Positions 59,542 through 62,826 of a stretch of DNA of 62,826 nucleotides are shown in pieces. Every line of letters starts with the position of its first letter. Position 1 is the stretch's first letter. The notes beneath the pieces were generated by a model. It did not search any database. It was given only the letters and a program-made list of their open reading frames with translations, and was not told the DNA's origin. Origin of the DNA: a bacterium (GTDB lineage: Bacteria; Actinomycetota; Acidimicrobiia; Spongiisociales; ZC4RG35); assembly GCA_024641285.1 (NCBI GenBank), contig JAHEDH010000002.1, positions 1-62,826 of the forward strand, written 5' to 3'. The position numbers and the translations under genes were made by a program.

Positions 59542-60855
59542 ATGCTTCCCATCGTCGCCGTCGTCGGCCGCCCGAACGTCGGCAAGTCAACGCTCGTCAA
59601 CCGCATCGTGGGTGGGCGGCCCGCAGTCACCGAGGAGATGCCCGGTGTCACTCGCGACCGGCGCGAGTTTCGCGCCGAGTGGATCGGCCGCGAGTTCCTT
59701 CTCGTCGACACCGGCGGCTGGGAGCTCAAGCCGGGGGAGCCGATCGTCTCGGAGATCCGCCAGCAGGCCGAGGCGGCGCTGGCGACGGCAGACGTGATCG
59801 TCTACGTGACCGACGCCACCGCAGGGGTCAGCGACGACGACGCCGGTGTCATCAAGATGCTGCGTTCCGCCGATGCGCCGATCGTGTTCGCTGCCAACAA
59901 GATCGATGACGGGGGCAAAGACCGACTCATCGACGACCTGTGGGCGCTGGGGATCGGCGAGCCATTCCCGGTGTCGGCGTTCCACGGGCGAGGCATGGGC
60001 GACCTGCTCGACCGGATCGTCGAGCTCCTACCCGAATCCGAGGAGCATCCGCCCGAGGACGATCTTCCTCGACTCGCCATCATCGGGCGACCGAACGTCG
60101 GCAAGTCGACACTGCTGAACCACCTCCTCGGCGAGAACCGGGTCATCGTGTCGGACGTGCCCGGGACGACTCGGGATCCGATCGACACCGTCGTCGAGCT
60201 CGAGGGGGAGACCTACCGCCTCATCGACACGGCGGGGATCCGCCGCAAGCCGCGGATCACCGAAGACGCCGACTTCTACTCGGTGCTCCGGGCCCGGGAG
60301 GTGCTGGCCGGAGCCGATGTCGCGCTGCTCGTCATCGATGCGATCGATGGCGTCACCCACCAGGATCAGCGGATCGCCGCGGAGGTCGTCGAGGCAGGAG
60401 CGTCCCTCGTCATCATCCTCAACAAGTGGGATCTCATCGACGACGAGGCGCGAGACATCATGGAGCGGTCGCTCGGAGATCGGTTCGGGTTCGTGTCGTG
60501 GGCGCCTGTCATCCGGATCTCTGCGCTCACCGGGGCGCGGACCAAGCGGATTCCGGGAGCGATCCGCTACGTGCTCGAGACCCGGCAGAACCGGATCGGC
60601 ACCGGTGAGCTCAACCGGCTCGTTCGCGAATGGACCGGAGCCCATCCGCCACCCGTTCGGAAGGGGCGCCGGCCGCGAATCCTCTACGCCGTGCAGGGCG
60701 GCGTCGGCCCACCCACGTTCATCATGTTCGTCGGTGGCGGCGATCTCGGGCCGGACTATCTCCGCTTCATCGAGGGTCGGCTCCGCAACGAGCTCGACTT
60801 CACCGGCGCACCCGTCAGGGTGATCGCCCGCCGTCGGGAGCGGGCACCGGCATGA
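59542..60855 (+). CDS. der: Ribosome-biogenesis GTPase Der (EngA), two GTPase domains plus KH-like domain
   Basis: VAVVGRPNVGKSTLVNR, DTGG, NKID, then second domain IIGRPNVGKSTLLN, DTAGIR, NKWDL. Confidence 0.95.
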   Translation: MLPIVAVVGRPNVGKSTLVNRIVGGRPAVTEEMPGVTRDRREFRAEWIGREFLLVDTGGWELKPGEPIVSEIRQQAEAALATADVIVYVTDATAGVSDDDAGVIKMLRSADAPIVFAANKIDDGGKDRLIDDLWALGIGEPFPVSAFHGRGMGDLLDRIVELLPESEEHPPEDDLPRLAIIGRPNVGKSTLLNHLLGENRVIVSDVPGTTRDPIDTVVELEGETYRLIDTAGIRRKPRITEDADFYSVLRAREVLAGADVALLVIDAIDGVTHQDQRIAAEVVEAGASLVIILNKWDLIDDEARDIMERSLGDRFGFVSWAPVIRISALTGARTKRIPGAIRYVLETRQNRIGTGELNRLVREWTGAHPPPVRKGRRPRILYAVQGGVGPPTFIMFVGGGDLGPDYLRFIEGRLRNELDFTGAPVRVIARRRERAPA

Positions 60856-61007
60856 GCGAGGATTCGCCGTTCCTCCCCGAGGAGGAGAGCGAGCCCGAAG
60901 ACCTCCCGACGCCTTGGGGGTTCCGCATCACCCTGGTGGCAGCGGCGATCTACCTGCTCTACCGGTTCGGGCAAGGCGTCGTCTGGGTGTTCGAGCGGTT
61001 CTCCTGA
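60852..61007 (+). CDS. Small (51 aa) membrane protein translationally coupled to der; not in the ORF track as a separate ORF
   Basis: ATGA overlap with the der stop. MSEDSPFLPEEESEPEDLPTPWGFRITLVAAAIYLLYRFGQGVVWVFERFS: acidic N-terminus plus one TM helix. Confidence 0.4.
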   Translation: MSEDSPFLPEEESEPEDLPTPWGFRITLVAAAIYLLYRFGQGVVWVFERFS

Positions 61008-61114
61008 CGAGCGTGCCCCGAGCCGTGCGCCGGCCGCAAGTGGTTCTGCTCGCTCCTCGCTGAACGCCGACCTTCGCTGGGACCCGCGCCGGCGCCGCTA
61101 GCATGGACCACCCA

Positions 61115-61188
61115 CGGGCTGTGGCGCAGCTTGGTAGCGCGCTTGACTGGGGGTCAAGAGGTCGGGAGTTCAAGTCTCCCCAGCCCGA
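61115..61188 (+). tRNA. tRNA-Pro (anticodon GGG)
   Basis: Cloverleaf read by eye. Acceptor CGGGCTG/CAGCCCG. D arm GCGC-AGCTTGGTA-GCGC. Anticodon stem CTTGA/TCAAG with loop CTGGGGG. T arm GGGAG-TTCAAGT-CTCCC. Discriminator A; no encoded CCA. Confidence 0.9.
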
Positions 61189-61194
61189 CGAGTG

Positions 61195-61220
61195 AACGCT
61201 CTCCCTGTTGGGGGAGCGTT
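61195..61220 (+). terminator. Intrinsic terminator after tRNA-Pro
   Basis: 11-bp stem aacgctctccc / gggggagcgtt (one G-U pair), 4-nt loop tgtt, followed by tgccgttt. Confidence 0.6.
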
Positions 61221-61557
61221 TGCCGTTTGGTACCACTGTTGCATGCCATGTTCCCGAATCGACCCGGCATCCGAGCGGTGACGAGTGAGTTGCCGCCCCG
61301 TGTGGCGTTGGGCGGAGAGCAGCAAGTTGCACCTCGGAACCATCAATGTCGCCCACGCAGCCGGTCGCATTGTCGCACGTGCCGGCCGATCTTCGGCAAT
61401 CTGTCCGGTCACATCCCGTTTCACAGTGCAAGTGGTCGGAGACCTGCCCGTGGAGATGAATTTGAGCGTATGTTGCACGGACTGTACGGGGGTCCCTACA
61501 CTTCCGCCGTCGGTAGGCCACAGCCAGTGGTCGGGCCGTTACGTAAGGGAGGACCAA

Positions 61558-62826
61558 ATGGAGGACCAACTGGTGACAACCACCCCTACCCGCTGGCGCT
61601 GGCTCGCGCTGTTCCTCGTGATGGCGCTCGTCGCTGCCGCGTGTTCCTCGGAGACGACCGATACCACTGCTGCTGACAGCGGTGGCGATTCGGGCACCAC
61701 CGAGACCACGGCTGCCGACGACACCCCCACGACGGAAGCAGACGCGCCTTCAGCCGACGGTTTCACATACTCCGTCGCGATCTTCAGTGATCCGACGACC
61801 GACAACCCATGGGCCGCGATCGACACCGAGAACGACGTGTGGACCAACTACGTGAACCCTGCGATGGGCGCGCTCTACACCTATCAGCCGCCGACCTACA
61901 CGGTCGTGCCGTTGCTGGCCGCGGATGCCTCGCCACCGTCGATCGAAGCCGATGGCGACAACTACTCGGTCACCGTGAATCTCCGTAGCGATGTCACGTG
62001 GTCCGATGGTGTTCCCATGACCGCCAATGACGTCGTGTTCACCGTCGAGACCGTGCAGAAGTACGGCGGCCTCGGTGGCAACTTCCCGTCGCAGTGGCCC
62101 CTCGCCACCGATCCGGTCGAGGACGATCCTGCAACTGAGGAAGACGAGACGGCTCCTGCCGGAAACGGAATCCTGTCCGCAGAAGCGATCGACGACCAAA
62201 CGGTCAAGATCACCTTCAACTTCGAAGCCGGACTCGCCGTGTGGCCGTTCAGCGTCGGTGTTGCCCCCGTCTATCCCGCGCATGTCTGGGGACCGATCGT
62301 CGACGAGAACGATTCCTTCGAGGGTCTGTACTCGGCTTCCGGTCTCGGCCAGGCCAACGCCACCGGATTCGTCTCCGCAGAGCGTGAGCCGGGTGCTTTC
62401 TGGCGCAACGAGCGGATCGACGACTTCTGGGACTCTGGATCGAACTACAAGGTCTATGACAACGGTGCCGTCGAATACATCGACAAGACCGGCCAGTCCT
62501 TCATCTTCGGCGGAGACGCCGGAGGCGAGGTCGTTGCCGACTACACCGAGGGTCCGTTTGCGATCGAGACCGTGTACTCGCTGTACTCGGACCAGAACTC
62601 GGCCGTGCTGGCGCTGACCGACGGTGAAGTCGACTTCCTGCTGAACCCGCTGGGTCTGCAGCGCGGTCTTCAGAACCTCGTGCTCTCCGAGCCGGACCTC
62701 AACGTCATCGTGAACGAGCAGAACGGTTTCCGTTACCTGGCGTTCAACACCCGTAAGTTCCCGATGAGCGAGAAGTCGTTCCGTCAGGCACTCGCCTGCC
62801 GTATCGACAAGGACTTCATGGCGAAC
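61558..62826 (+). CDS. ABC transporter substrate-binding lipoprotein, family 5 (peptide/nickel type); 3' end lies outside the window
   Basis: AAGGGAGG RBS, signal peptide plus lipobox (LALFLVMALVAAAC), Thr/Asp-rich linker. Then SBP5-like segments (WSDGVPMTANDVVFT, ..YRYLAFNTRKFPMSEKSFRQAL). Open to the window end, so absent from the ORF track. Confidence 0.75.
   Translation, partial: MEDQLVTTTPTRWRWLALFLVMALVAAACSSETTDTTAADSGGDSGTTETTAADDTPTTEADAPSADGFTYSVAIFSDPTTDNPWAAIDTENDVWTNYVNPAMGALYTYQPPTYTVVPLLAADASPPSIEADGDNYSVTVNLRSDVTWSDGVPMTANDVVFTVETVQKYGGLGGNFPSQWPLATDPVEDDPATEEDETAPAGNGILSAEAIDDQTVKITFNFEAGLAVWPFSVGVAPVYPAHVWGPIVDENDSFEGLYSASGLGQANATGFVSAEREPGAFWRNERIDDFWDSGSNYKVYDNGAVEYIDKTGQSFIFGGDAGGEVVADYTEGPFAIETVYSLYSDQNSAVLALTDGEVDFLLNPLGLQRGLQNLVLSEPDLNVIVNEQNGFRYLAFNTRKFPMSEKSFRQALACRIDKDFMAN

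Noticed and set aside
61170-61478. 102-aa reverse-strand ORF downstream of der.
   Set aside because: It overlaps the tRNA-Pro gene and its terminator, and its composition is not coding-like.

Overview
GC-rich, actinobacterial-type chromosomal segment, densely coded and dominated by housekeeping operons in the order typical of Actinobacteria. The backbone runs thrS, pgsA/acyltransferase/pimA (phosphatidylinositol-mannoside genes), pdxST, yebC, ruvCAB, queA-tgt-yajC-secDF, apt, relA, hisS-aspS, rarA, alaS-ruvX-mltG-aroE, aroC-aroK-aroB, efp-nusB, ispH, der and tRNA-Pro(GGG). Many neighbouring genes overlap by ATGA/GTGA (translational coupling). Several accessory blocks interrupt this backbone. 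(1) The left ~11 kb holds an orphan Prim-Pol/CHC2-zinc-finger/HIRAN fusion and a small SARP regulator divergent from a membrane protein with 32-aa tandem repeats; 11-nt-phased heptamers lie between that pair. It also holds a membrane-protein cluster (2TM, DUF4870, 2TM, MgtC/DUF4010) and USP, PfkB, SurE, patatin and MshD genes. (2) A GNAT gene plus a DUF222/HNH gene sit between yebC and ruvC. (3) A complete four-gene conservon-like module (sensor kinase, Roadblock/LC7, DUF742, small GTPase) lies convergent with two translationally coupled Ala/Glu-rich coiled-coil genes. (4) A mosaic of repeated hairpin-forming modules occupies the rarA-alaS gap. (5) A DUF4388 protein with a long acidic, tryptophan-dotted tail is inserted in the shikimate operon next to an orphan prepilin peptidase. 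No CRISPR array, rRNA, transposase or integrase was seen. All calls rest on reading the translated ORFs and the DNA by eye; no database search was run.
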